Below are positions 15,217 to 29,176 of a stretch of 64,000 nucleotides of DNA, one piece after another. The position numbers and the translations under genes were made by a program. The stretch comes from Chrysomallon squamiferum (lineage: Eukaryota > Animalia > Mollusca). The stretch covers positions 23,312,001 through 23,376,000 of the forward strand of contig CM022671.1 in the NCBI GenBank assembly GCA_012295275.1, given 5' to 3'. Positions within the stretch are counted from its first letter, which is position 1. Each line of letters starts with the position of its first letter. The notes under the pieces are model-generated. The model saw only the letters and a list, made by a program, of their open reading frames with translations. It made no database searches and was not told the DNA's origin.

Positions 15217-15404
15217 GTAATAATAATAATATTCAAACTATTTCCATTATCATTATTGCCACTACAGCTACATCTATAGTAACAACGGCAACAACAACTA
15301 CAATTACTGCCAGTGCTGTTACTTCTGCTAATCTGTAATCTGTGTTGCTGGTATTACTGCTGAAATTACTACTTCTATTGTTATTGTTGTTGTTGTTGTT
15401 GTTG

Positions 15405-15476
<72 letters not shown>

Positions 15477-16136
15477 TGTTTTTCTCATTAAATTATTATA
15501 AATAAACATCTTAAATATTATCGTCATTATTTTCATTTAAATAATTTCTCGTTAATTATGTTTTAACATCTGGATTAAAATATATTAATTTTTTAGGCAA
15601 TAAGTCTCTGTCTCTCATAAATATTATTATTATTCTTTTTTTTTTTTTTTAAAATTATGTATATGTGTATGTATCTATGTTCCTAAGAACGTAAGTGTAT
15701 TCTTACAAATTACTCAGAGATTTTTCACATATCTACCTATCTTGACCCACTTACACGTTAAGTGAAGAATGAGTGTTAAGCATGTAATTCAATAGGTACG
15801 TACGTACAGACTTGTTACACCAACGAAGACTGTTTACTGTTGATATAGTAATGAAATTACACCACTGTTGTCAGTCTACGTGTTCGTGAAAACACTTTGA
15901 TGGTATCGCTCAGATGCATGTAAATAAAGATCATGGAACGTTTGACCAGGGCTGTGAAGATTATTTTACAGTATCAGCGTTAACTATGTAAACGATACCA
16001 CAGCATTGGAAATTGTTCTTTTGTCATTACGTTTTTATAAAAGGGGCTTATGTGAACAGACTTAAATAGTTATTTGTAGTTTTAAAATCACGTTCAAACT
16101 TGTTTGTGTGTGTAGTTTTGTAGTAAACTTACATAG

Positions 16137-16140
16137 ATAC

Positions 16141-16211
<71 letters not shown>

Positions 16212-16350
16212 CATACATATACATATATACACACATAGACATATATATACACATATACATACACACATACATACATACATATATACATTCATACATACAT
16301 ACATACACACATATATAAATATATACATACATACACAGATACATATATAT
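16137..16350. repeat. Compound (ATAC)n/(AT)n/(AC)n microsatellite
   Basis: Direct tandem units. A similar tract lies at 5095-5262. Confidence 0.9.
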
Positions 16351-16945
16351 GTTTTTGGGGTATTTATTTAGGGGGAAAGCTTTAAGCAAAATAAATAATT
16401 AACAACATTCCAAAATTAAAAGAACCGAATTATATAACAAAACCGAACAATTTACAACGGACCTCTCAAATATACCAATATTAAAAACTGCAACAAAACA
16501 AACAGAATAAACAATCAAACACAAAATAAAAAAAAAATAAAAAAAATAAAACAACAAACATTATTATTATATTTACGGGAAAGACGTTCTCTCCGACCAC
16601 GTGAAAACAAACCAGGTTTTTTTTTTTGACCACTCCAAAAAGGGTCGCGCAGTGCAAACAAACCGGCTCCGCGTTGAAACACTGACCACAGTTAAACCTA
16701 CAGGAGATTAGAGTTAAAACTCGGACCGAGTGACAGCCTCGATGTCAAATAAACAAGTATCCGGGCAGTAATACCCCCTTTAAAGAAGTCGCTCTTCTCC
16801 GTCGGGTGCAGACAAACAGAGACGTCGTTATATAATTGTCGTCCGGTGTCTCAGGGTCTCGCACATCAAACGCGAACAACGGGGTTGAAAAATTGTGTTA
16901 TTACAGGTGGATCTCTGTGTATTGTGTTTCTTTTTCTTCGCCATT

Positions 16946-16980
<35 letters not shown>

Positions 16981-16985
16981 CTTTT

Positions 16986-17018
<33 letters not shown>

Positions 17019-17315
17019 CTCATGGCTTGCTTAACTTTTTAGTCTTCTTCTTTTTCTTTTCTGGTTTTAATTTTGTTTTGTTGTTTATTTTTTTTTTTTT
17101 TCAGACGCGCTGGGATATTTAAACAGAGGTGGTGACATTTAAATGACTTCGAGGACGAGGCCTACCTACACCTGCTTGAAGTCCGTAAGAGTTGTGTGAC
17201 ATCAAAGACTGTCAAAAAAAACTGATCTGGTTCCTTGAATACGTTTAAAAAAAAAAAAAAAAAAAAAAATTAAAAAAATAAAAACAAAATATAAAAAATT
17301 TAATAGTAATTAAAA

Positions 17316-17341
17316 ACAACAATAACATCAACAACAACAGC

Positions 17342-17392
<51 letters not shown>

Positions 17393-17718
17393 TAATAATA
17401 ATAATAATAAAAACAATAATAATAATAAAATAAATAAATAATAACAATTACAATAATAATAATTAATTAAATATTAATAATAGTAATAATAATAATAATA
17501 ATAGTAATAATAATAATAATAATTAAAAATGAAAGCTTGATCAATAATAATCGCATTATTATAATTACTGTTATTATCAAAGGTAATCATAATCATGGTG
17601 AGCTTTTTATTCGTTCTGCTTATAATAATTACCATTATTGCTGTCATAGTCACCATCATTATCAAAATAATACTTAATATTATCATTGTCATTGTCATTA
17701 TTATTATTATTATTATTA

Positions 17719-17804
<86 letters not shown>

Positions 17805-18022
17805 TGTTGTTGTTGTTGTTGTTCTTCTTCTTCTTTTTCTTCTTCTTCCTCTTCTTCTTGCTGTTCATTGTTATATTGCCATTTTCAAGTCTACGTTTAA
17901 TGTTTCGTTATTCATTTTACGGTATCTAGTAAATATTTTGAAATATATAATTTATATAAAATCGATTTGATTTTAATTTTGTTTCATTTTATAATTTGTG
18001 CTAGATTCTAAAGCCCTGTTTT

Positions 18023-18055
<33 letters not shown>

Positions 18056-18073
18056 CACTACTACTACTACTAC

Positions 18074-18150
<77 letters not shown>

Positions 18151-18230
18151 GTAATAAGAATAAGAATAATAATAATAATAACTAACAATAATAAAAATGA
18201 AAATAATAAAATGAAAATACTACTACTAAA

Positions 18231-18304
<74 letters not shown>

Positions 18305-18329
18305 TAATAATAACAATAATAATAATAAA
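17316..18329. repeat. About 1-kb field of (AAT)n, (ATT)n and (ACT)n trinucleotide repeats
   Basis: Alternating AAT, ATT and ACT tracts. These generate the poly-I, poly-L and poly-N ORFs in the track. Confidence 0.92.
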
Positions 18330-19204
18330 TCCACATTTTGTAGAACAAATTAAAAACCAGAAAAATTCCAATACATATCATCTAACAGTTAGTGTCGTAA
18401 AAGAGGTGGGGACCTAATCATATATAACATCCCATGAAAATCACAGCCTTCACTATAAACTGACACATACTGTCATAAATATCATCATATTACCGTCATA
18501 TTAAGGGCTGTGTACAAAATATGATATACAACCGCCATTCACACATAGCAATGTTTTATTAACGACTAATTTCTTTTTAGTGCAAAAACATAATACTTGT
18601 TTTGGTTACATATCTTTTTTAAATTTAAAAAATAAAAAAAATTATTTTTATTTTTTTCAAGAAGCGCTTGTAAAAATAACTTGCTAATACATATTTATGA
18701 TATGCGCTGACATGCAATATTTTTCTTCATTTTATTATTTCATGATTTTTTTTTTTTTTTTTTTTTTTTAAATCTTTTAAAACTTCATTTATTTCAGGTA
18801 ATATATTACAAGCCAGCTTTGAATCCCGGGACACATGTGGCCATTATTTGCTTCCGATAAAGATAAAGTTTTAGTTTACAATATTTTCAAAGAAAGTAAG
18901 ATGGGTTTTGTTCAGGCATTTTATGCGTATCTTGAAATATAAAAAAAAAAAAAAAAACCAAGAAGAAAAAAGAAATTCTTTTCACTATTTAAAATAAAAA
19001 AGACATATTTTATTTAAGATTTAATCCACATTCGACATACATTTAATAAAGCACGGAGGTTTATAGCATTTTATGTCTGTCTAAGAATTGACAGGTTTAG
19101 GATCTCACTTTGTAGGCATTCGTTTAAAACTTTATCTGTTTGAGTATGACGAAAATAAATAAATAAATAAATAAATATATAAATAAATAAATAAATAAAT
19201 AAAT

Positions 19205-19240
<36 letters not shown>

Positions 19241-19465
19241 TTTTTTTTTATTTATTTATTTGTCTATAAATTACAGTATACAGAAATACAAAATACTTAA
19301 GGTCACAATTAGAAGAAAAGAAATAGGAAAGTGTAATTAAAATTCCTTCATGATTCATAGGAAAGTATATATCAACGAAAAAAATAAATAATTTTGTGCT
19401 ATAACATGATGGCACATTCCACGATGGTTCATAAATATGTCAATCCGTGTATGGATGAAAGGATA

Positions 19466-19690
19466 TATGTATGTATGTATGTATGTATGTATATGTATTC
19501 AGGATTAGAATATTCTCTGTCTATGTACGTGTGATTAAACTCTGCACATAGAAAATATTCGGAAACGCACAAGAGGACGAAGTCCAGTCACGACTCACAA
19601 ACAAGGTCAGATGCCGCTGACGAGACTCGAACGTATGGCACCCATTTTCCCGCACCCCGAAGGCGTTCGGCCATCAACACAACCCTACGT
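19466..19690 (-). mobile_element. Possible degenerate tRNA-derived SINE
   Basis: The minus strand reads tggccgaacg (A-box-like, 19673-19664), then gttcgagtc (B-box, 19632-19624), a unique body and an (ATAC)n tail at about 19498-19466. No target-site duplication was identified. Confidence 0.35.
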
Positions 19691-20037
19691 TGAGTGTGTG
19701 TAGTGTGCTTATGAATGAAACGGTACATAATCTTTACCTAGTACTGTGTAATTTAAAACCGACGTATTCACGAACAGAGTTCATTTCAGTTACTTATTTC
19801 ACCAAACTGCCAGTGCAGTACATTCCATGTTTGATTATGTATCTCGTTCGTTGTTAACCTATCTTCCTCTTCTCGATGACATCGTAAAAAAAAAATTAAA
19901 AATAAAAATACAAAAGTGAAAAATTTAAAAAAATGAGGAAGTCTGAAGAAAAAAGTGACACGAATTAAAATAACAAACAAAGAGGACATGATTGTGTTTC
20001 TAGAATTAGATAACAATACCGAAGTAAGTGGTGGGTG

Positions 20038-20073
<36 letters not shown>

Positions 20074-20855
20074 TGCTGCGGGGTTCAGATAGTCCGCGTT
20101 TTGTCTGATTCAAATCGGTGATAACAGGTACCGGGCGAAAGAAGATAATTTATTGTCTCCGTTATAAACCTTGCGCCACTGCGATGCACAGACAATGCAC
20201 ATCACAGAACGACCATAAAACAAAAAGACACGCATTTTCTCGAGCGTCTTTATTGAAAAGACACTTCGGCGCAGTTTTATGTGTTTCCTACCTGCTCTCC
20301 TGACCCCGGCTTCATGTCACAACACTCGGTGCTGAAATAAGTCTGGATTTACGGTTATGTCAATTTTTTTTTTTTGCGATAAGCTTTAAGATTTCAAGGG
20401 CAGTGCTACATCACACAATAATTACAATTGATGCGTAATTAATCCTCCTCCCCATTTGCACACGTTCTTTGTTCAGTCATTATATTCGCCTGCATTGCGG
20501 ATTTATAACATAATCGTAAAGATGTAGGCGACATTTTTTTTTGTGTTTTGTTAATACCGCTCAGGTAATTTGTTTGATGATTTGAGCAGGGAAACATTTG
20601 AGCTGTAACGCAGGTGCGCATATCGATATCTCTATGAGTATTTTGCAAACAACAGCCTTTCGTCGTTTTTCTTCTAATTTATCTTTCAATTTAATTTCTG
20701 ATAAATCAAATGCAGCGATACTTAGAATAAAATTTATTTACAGTTGAATTAATGCTAACTATTTATGTTATTGTTTCCGAAATGTGATAATAAATGATGA
20801 AGATGGTGCTGGTGGTAGTAATGGTAGTAGTTGTTGTTGTTTTAATAGTAGTAGC

Positions 20856-20907
<52 letters not shown>

Positions 20908-21921
20908 ATTGAAATAGAAGAATACTAGAACTGGTAATAAAATTAGTAGCAGTAGCAGTAGCAACAGTAATAGTAGTTGAAATGGTAGTAGCAGTTATCA
21001 CAGTAATTGAAAACATTCATTTTCTTTATATATATTTTTTTTAGTTGCTGTTTTATTTAAGAAGCCTCCTGACTTTCCAGATTTCCTTTGAACCACGCGA
21101 ACACACAAATATAAACTGCTTCAGCTGCCAGGTGCTTGTTATGCAAATTGAATTTATTTCATGCCTTAGAGATTGTTTTTGCTTTCTTAACAGTGCTGTT
21201 TGTGTATAAGACTCACAGCGATGCATGTTACATGACATAACGAGTAACAGGACATCGCTTCGCGTTCACACTAGGAATCAAATCTCCGGCGTTCTGCAAG
21301 TTTTATCAATAAGCTTATTTTCACAAGCCGTGTACACACAACAGTTCTTGCCTAACTGACATAAATCACATTTAAAAGGTAGTCCGGCCCAAGCGTCAAT
21401 TATCTTCCCTTGTCATCATACGGAATGCGAGCGCCCTCTACGACTGTAACAATGGGAGTTATGTTCAGCATATCCGGTACAAGCTCTGTTATCATTTTCG
21501 CAGACTTTGTTTAGCTATTAGAATCTTTGTCGGAGCTGTTGGGAGCTGATATGAACAAAAACATACCTACCTCGTAGACTGTAGATCGCTGCGAACAACT
21601 GAACATAGCTGCCGCTTTTACTTGATACCCGATCTCGAATCATCTGCGGGCTGCCAGTCAATTTGACATGGCTGACAACTGCGGAAAAGCCTCTTATAGC
21701 GGCGTCACAAGATAGGAAACGGGTCTACTACCACCCATGAGGAATTGCTCAATTTTCGACAAGGGCCATGTTGTTTTTCGTGTAAACTCTACCAAATATA
21801 TAAACCAGCTGTCGACTTACTGATGATTATGTAACGAACTGGGCAGTTGCATTCCATGGCATTAATTTTAATTTTAATTTTCTTCATTTACTTTGTTTTC
21901 ATTAGCTTTTGAAATAATAAT

Positions 21922-21949
<28 letters not shown>

Positions 21950-21968
<19 letters not shown>

Positions 21969-22175
21969 CAGTAATAATAACAACAATAGTAGTAATAGTA
22001 GTTGTAATTCTCATAATAATAATAATTCTCATCATCATCATCATCATAATAATAATAATAATAATAATAATGACAGTAATAATAACAACAATAGTAGTAA
22101 TAGTAGTTGTAATTCTCATAATAATAATAATTCTCATCATCATCATCATAATAATAATAATAATAATAATAATAA
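21950..22175. repeat. 105-bp tandem duplication of a compound trinucleotide microsatellite
   Basis: The block tgacagtaataataacaacaatagtagtaatagtagttgtaattctcataataataataattctcatcatc starts at 21966 and again at 22071. Confidence 0.88.
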
Positions 22176-25165
22176 TGCAAAGCTTAGGTTTCATGATAAC
22201 GCTCAGTTTTATTTTGAAAAAAAAATAGTGATGCATGAAAGCTATAATATAATGGAAGAAAGTTATGTTTCTTGTCAAAAGGACTCATACAACATATCAC
22301 ATATCACAGGTTACATTACTGTAACCGACTGTCATTAAGGTAGGAGAAAATAAAATTTACACATTAGAGTATATACTCTTTCAATTGTGAAAAATAATTA
22401 GTCTGTAAATGTAATACCATAAATTAATACCTAATAATGAATAAGTAAATGATTTTTTTTTGGTTTAATGATATCTCATTCTGTATTGTATGACAAATCC
22501 CACTCAGATGCCTGCTACTGTCATTAAGTACGTTCTTAATTCAAACCTTCACACATTCAGGAGAGCACATACCACGTTCTTTGAAAAATCAGATTTAGCA
22601 TCAAAGCTAGAACAGAATACAAGCTTCAAAGGAGGGCTGATTTCAAGAATCACTATAGTTTCAGATTTAATAAAATACCATACCCGTTAACAAAGACTAT
22701 TAATTATTTTTGTAACAATACGTTTAAAAATAAAGAGAAAAAAAAAAAAAAAAAAAAGAAGAAGAAAAGATTAATAGGTTAAATTTAATTCCTTCCATGA
22801 GGAAGTATGATTTGCAAAAAAAAAAAAAAAAAAAAATTTTAAAAAAATGAAGAAGAAGACAGACCACTGTGATGCTCAGGAGGCTGCTGTCCAATCAAAC
22901 GGCTTGTTACTTCTGATGTATTACCATGGTGACAGCCGGATGCAGAACGAGTCAAGCCTAGTTTTACTTGTGCAACCATTTTTCTTCTTAGACGGTGTAT
23001 CTTCGTTGCGTCGTTTCCTTTTTTTACGCCTGGATATGCTGGAATGCTTCTGACATCTCACAACAGCTGCATGCTCGGGAAAAACCAGAGAAGCGAAATT
23101 TTCTGAATGGAAATGCATCAAAGACAAAATTCCTCATTTTGTCATGTTTTATAGCTGTTGCCTTTATCATGTGTTACAACGTCAGAATATATTAATCATA
23201 AAAATAGTGATGATAAAACCATACCCCCAAAAACGCCAGCGGCATTCAAGGGGGTGCTCGTGTAATATTACGACCTTCTAGGGGAGTAATGATATTATAT
23301 ATCAGACTAATGATAATCACAAAATTTATTATGACTTTAAAAGGTACTATATATTTTATGTCTAAAACAGGAATCTTTGAAAAACGTCTAACATTTTTTA
23401 AAATTCCAAAAATTAAACTATATATTCATTAATATAAAGACAGGAATGTTGTAAATTAATTGACTGGCTGGCTTATAAACTAAATAAATGAAGAAAAAAA
23501 AAATGAATTACATACAAACTTACTGAATCGTCCATTCACCTCTGATTCGCTAACTTGCTTACTGTCTGTCAGACTGAATAACTGACAAAGCAGTCTAATG
23601 ATATATTCGTTAATTTTGATATTCGAATAATCTATTTAATAACTTTTTACTTCCTGACTTCACGGGCTCACTTAGTTCTGATTTATTTTGATTATTAATG
23701 GTTTTACAGCATACTTATCAGTTACCATTTACATTTATTTTATTATCTCATTTAGTTTGTTTAATTTCGCTTTCCTTTACTTAATTTCGTACACTTCACA
23801 CGAAAATGAAAGTGAATGAGGCATAGCTGCATCATGGGTGCGCTTTTATTAGAAGTTCCCCGTTATTTTGTGGGCAGATGAGCATTTTGGCTATGATGTA
23901 AGCGGCCGGTTTCCGGTCATTCAAAATCTCGCAATTTCACGCGTGACAGTATAAAGGGAGCAAGACTCGTAAAAATGAAAGGCACTTAAATTATTGTCTG
24001 TTCTAACCGCTTGGAGCTGTCTGACCGAAACTAATGGATGACTAATTATTAACTCAGTATTGTAAAGAGATGATCTATCGAATAGTGAAATAAACCAATA
24101 AAACATGCTGAGAAACAGCATACGTTATATAATATCTTTGAAACGTAACAGTTAAAATACTCGATTTTTAAAACACTAATTTTTAATTTTAAATGTTTTC
24201 TGGCTGTTGAAGTAATTGCATATTGTAATAAATGAGATTATATCTTCATGGGTTCTATCCCATCTTGTCGAAGTCATAAATAAATCATTAATCCCATTCA
24301 CGGTATCCTCAAATAAGACAATGGACCAGGTCTCCTTGTAGGTTCAGTTCTTCTCTGGAGGCTAGGAGGACGGGGGTGGTGGTTTAATAGGCTGGATTAA
24401 TAGGCTAAACAAAACATGTAAGGCAAGGGAGTAATAGTGTAAATGTCTTTTAATGCCAGCATCTGTTATTCCGCAGCTGCAAATTACTGTTTTATAAACA
24501 GAATACAAAATATGCAAAACTATATCCACTAAAACTATGGCGTTTTTGTTGTTGTTGTTGTTGTTGTTATTGATTGTTTGTTTGTTGTTACTGGTTTTGT
24601 GGGTTTTTTTTCTGAAGTTCTGAATTACTGTTATTATTAGCTTTAATTTCGCTCGGTTTTTCTGTATTAAAAATAAACAACTGTTTATATAACCATTTAA
24701 CTCATTTTTAATCTAAAAAAAATTTCCTTAAAAAAAAAAAAAATAATAATAATAATAAAAAAAAAAAAAAAAGTAAAAAAATATAAAATACTGTGTCATT
24801 AATCATTTAATATGGGACTGATTTGTTATGAGTCAGAATGAATGATTATTATTGCGTTTTTCTGACAGAAGATCATCGTTCCGCGGTTATCGTTCCTTCT
24901 CAGGCGCAGAAGACTAACCCTGGATTTTCAACAATACCCTCTCGAGCATTCATTTTCGTCATAATCACCGGACGGGATAAAATTTCCATTACTGACCTGC
25001 CACAGAGATCTGGCGAACTGCACGCATGATGGGTCGGTCCTCTACGTTTAGAGAAAGTATGAAAAAAAAAAAAAAAAATATCGTGATAATGTAGAAAATG
25101 GAGTTTTGCTATACTTTAACACCCTTTTAATTATCATCATTATAATCATTATTATTATTATCTTG

Positions 25166-25204
<39 letters not shown>

Positions 25205-26670
25205 ATCATCATTAATACTACTACTGCTACTACTACTACAATATATACTTCTGTACTATTATTATTATTATAAATGTGAAATTTTAAATCATTATCTGGC
25301 TTCATGGTTCATTTGATTTCTTCTTCTTCTTCTTCTTCTTCTTCTTCTTTTCTACTACTACTATTTTTCACTGTACTGAATGGAGAAAGTCGTCCAAATG
25401 CATATACGTATATATATATATTTTACATATGATAAGCTGGACGGACACTTGGGAAGTTGAACAAAAGAAATAGAAAAAAAAAAGGATGTATGGATGACTG
25501 GTTGACAAAAGAAAGTCAGGATATAAAATCACCAAATCGTATTTCCAAGATGACATTTCATGCAGGGCCGAAACAGTTTGATGAACTAAAAGAAAATAAT
25601 AAATAAATAAATAAATATATAAAGTTTAGAGTAATTCCTGCAGAAATCAATAGGAGAAACAAATTGTCTTTTCACTGAATGATATAGAAAAAAAAAAAAA
25701 AAAAAAAGAAAAGAAAGAAAAAGAAAAAACCATTTCGTGTCAACATATGAACTCGGAGATTTGGTCAGCAGTTATATCAGTTTAAATAATAAGATTTGCG
25801 TGATCAAAAAACACCAAAAAAAACAAACAAAAACATTCTTACTCTACGAGCGTGACAATCAGGAGAAAAAAATCTCTGCTCCATACATATTATTCTCGTA
25901 GAGATTTAGTTACTTTAGACATGTTCTTTGCGATCGTGAACCCTCGGGGATTTCCGACAGCACGAGAACCGAGCACGTGCGTAGCAAAACAAATGGACAA
26001 CGTAATTCTCAAGGCATCACGTGATTTATCGCGCATGAATGCTGGTCACGAGATTTACGCCGTTTTGTTATTGTTGAAGACGCACGATAATAGGGGCGTT
26101 TGTCAGGACTTCATATTCCGTCGCATTTACGGGTCGTCGAACTCTGATGAAGTGAAGTCGTAAGAGAACAAACACAAAGCCATCTCAGTACCAGCTGTGT
26201 AAATTATTAATCGTAATTCGGATCGTGATTTTGAAATATAATCTCTTAATAAATGTTAATTAAACATATTTTACGTATGGGTTAAAAAAGGAAGATGGAG
26301 AGAAAAAGAAAAGAAGCCGAACATTTTGTAATTCATATTTCAAAGATGAAAATGATCTTCTTGTACATGTTTCTGAAGCAAATGTTTCAGTTTATTTTAT
26401 TTTTACATATTTAGTTATTGGTCCTGCACGAAGATTTTCTATTATAACGTGTGATTTTATGATGCTTAAAAGTGAAAATCCACTGGATTACCTGTTAATT
26501 GCATTGATTAGGGTTAATCAAGATAGAAAAGCTGATTTTATGAATTATTTTTTAGAGTTACAGAAATAGAGCAACCTATTAAGAAATACTAATTAAGTGA
26601 CTAATCTCAAAAGGAATTTGTCTTTTAATTAAGTTGTGAAACATATCTTTTATTATTGGTCGAAGATGAA

Positions 26671-26672
<2 letters not shown>

Positions 26673-26748
<76 letters not shown>
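26673..26748. repeat. Compound (CT)n(GT)n microsatellite
   Basis: CT units to 26720, then GT units. Confidence 0.96.
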
Positions 26749-26750
<2 letters not shown>

Positions 26751-28588
26751 CTCGTTACAAAGTGACTGATGTCACAAACACTCGTTACAAACACCTTGCA
26801 CGAGCGGAGAGCGTGTTGCGGAGATGGTGTCTCAGGATTACGCAGATTTGACGCGAGGTAAAAAGTGTAACGCCATGGCACTTTCGTGCCATTGTCCCAC
26901 CTTCTTGTACCCTGCCCATTATGAACGGGTACGGCGCTATGTAGAATCACGTTCGGTGTCATAAATGGTTTGACCGCTAAAATACGAACCGCGGGTGGAA
27001 TTAATATCGACTTCCAACGAGAAAGATTTGTCACTCTTTTGTTCGGAAGGAAGGAAATGCACCGGAAATTCATTTTGGTGTTCAAATCACGTTGCCGTTC
27101 TTCGAGTGACGTTCATTGTTAGTTTTTTTCGATGTTGTTAATGGTGTAAGTAAAATGTCGATAATTACAGGCCAGATTTTTATTTTAAAAAATCCCCATG
27201 GAGACGAAGTAATATGTATACGTAAGAGTCTTTTCACAGAATATATTTGTGACAATGAAATCATCGAACGCTAGTGTGTTTGTATGAATCTTTTAAGGAT
27301 GGTTGATGTGTATGTATGTATCTGTGTGTGTGTGTGTGTAGGTAGGTAGAAAAGTATTATATATTCATTTATGTACACATGTGCATATTCTCAAATATAA
27401 AAAATACCTGAATTTAATAAAAAAAATAAAAAAAAAAAGACTCTGCACTCGTTTAACCTGACAAACCCATGTCGTTACATTAATTATCATATTAAATTAT
27501 TTATCAACGAATAACTGACTATTAAAATCCATTTCTTCAGTTTCTAAAGATCTCCGTGCTGCAGCCATTAATACGAAAAAAAAAAAAAAAAAAAAAAAAC
27601 GATGGATCTAAGCGGCTACATGAAAGACGGAAATTGATTGGTTCCTTGCGTGATATACATTCATGTAATTAAGAGAATCTGATCTGAGCTTTTTGTCTGC
27701 AGAACTCTTTACTGGCGTTTTCTTTTATATCTTCTTAGTTTACTTTTTCTTTGATTCTGAGGTTTGCTTTGGCTGTACACATTCGAGATGAAAACAACGT
27801 ACATCACAGATACACGACGTCCGTGATACAGAACTGTTTGTGTTGGTGATCTCTCGAGGTCTAGACTTCCGCGAAGAAATGGAACAAAATTGGTCATTAA
27901 GAAAAATAAATAAATAAACACATTAACTTACACAAAGACAGACAGACAAACAAACAGACAAACAGACAGACAAACAGACAGACAGACAGATAGATATGAA
28001 CAGACAGACACGTAGACAGAAGTATTTAGCCTAATATTTTAAGCTGACCAATTTTTATTCGGTATAACCGAGTTAATTTCGTCCTGAAATGTATAGTAGA
28101 CATCATATTTTTGGTGCTTCTTATCTCTGTTATTTTCTCTAATAATAATAATAATGAAAATGATGATAATTACAACAACAGCAATACAGATTTATTCTTC
28201 CTAACAACTCTGTATTTGACTATTTAAATCTTGTAAGTGTTTTACTAACTAAATACTAATTCCCCTGAAAAACTGTTACATTAAATTAACTGCATTTTTT
28301 TTTTTTTAGTTTCTCTGACCTAACAACCACTTAGTACTCCTTCTTGCATTTCTGTTCTTAAATCTTGGCATGGTCAGTGTGCTAATCAAGACATGTACGT
28401 TCCATCAATCTAAAACGCACGTGCGCTATATCGATAGATCGTCGAACGGCACCCCCAACCAACCCCACCCCACCTCCCTGCGTGCTTCAGGAAATAAGAC
28501 TGGAGTCGTGTCCGACTGAGTGATCGATAAAACCGCGTTTGTAAATCATCGCGACCAAACGTATCCATGACTCTATTACGTTCTGCCG

Positions 28589-28707
28589 TAATTGTCATCC
28601 ATCTAACGTGGCCTGCCGACTAACAATGCAATCACCTTTATCCAATTTGGAACAAAATTGGACATCGGGAAACTTGTATTAAATTGAGTAATGGATAGCT
28701 ATTAACT
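28589..28707 (+). repeat. Dispersed palindromic non-coding element, copy 1
   Basis: Aligns with 58024-58149. Shared identical blocks: agtaatggatagctattaact (21 nt), acctttatccaattt (15 nt), gccgacta, acaaaattgg, ggaaac, all in the same order. Confidence 0.85.
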
Positions 28708-29138
28708 CGCGGATGGGACGCGTTGAAACAAGAGGGATGGGACTCGTGATGAATTGAAGAAGCGATGGGGGACGGTGCGGCGGCCAGACGATTGAATGAA
28801 AAGCGCATTTAAAGTGATATAATCCGACTGCAGGGATTGTACGAATTTTGGACAAGCTTGTTACACACACACACACAGTCCCGTGTGTTGCCAGACTGAT
28901 TTCTCGATGCGATTCGAGCGTCCGGCTGTTTTGGGGGGTTTTTTTTCGTATAAATTAGAGAATGCAGCGGGGTTTTCTTTCCCCGACTTGTTCTGTAGTT
29001 TAGTTGTGTGTTAGTTAAGTTTCGTTATATTCTCTTTTTAACAATATTTTCATTTTTAAAAATTACAATATTAAAATAGGCTCTTGATATATATATATTT
29101 AAAACTGCTTGTATTATTAAAATATGTCTAATTTTTAT

Positions 29139-29176
<38 letters not shown>

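Noticed and set aside
17474-18417. Poly-I/L/N/Y ORFs (also at 9618, 13164, 21874, 49483, 53020 and others)
   Set aside because: These are translations of AAT/ATT/ACT microsatellites.
26144-26170. CTGATGA hammerhead ribozyme core (also ttgatga at 57179)
   Set aside because: No stem II closed directly by GAAA and no matching stems I and III.
26579-27085. Longest ORF (168 aa), and the 128-aa ORF at 35663-36049
   Set aside because: No recognisable domain. The first runs through a (GA)/(CA) microsatellite, and both lengths are compatible with chance in higher-GC islands.
27880-27893. 14-nt match (tggaacaaaattgg) to duplicated element copy 1
   Set aside because: The flanks do not align, and isolated 13-14-mer matches are expected by chance.
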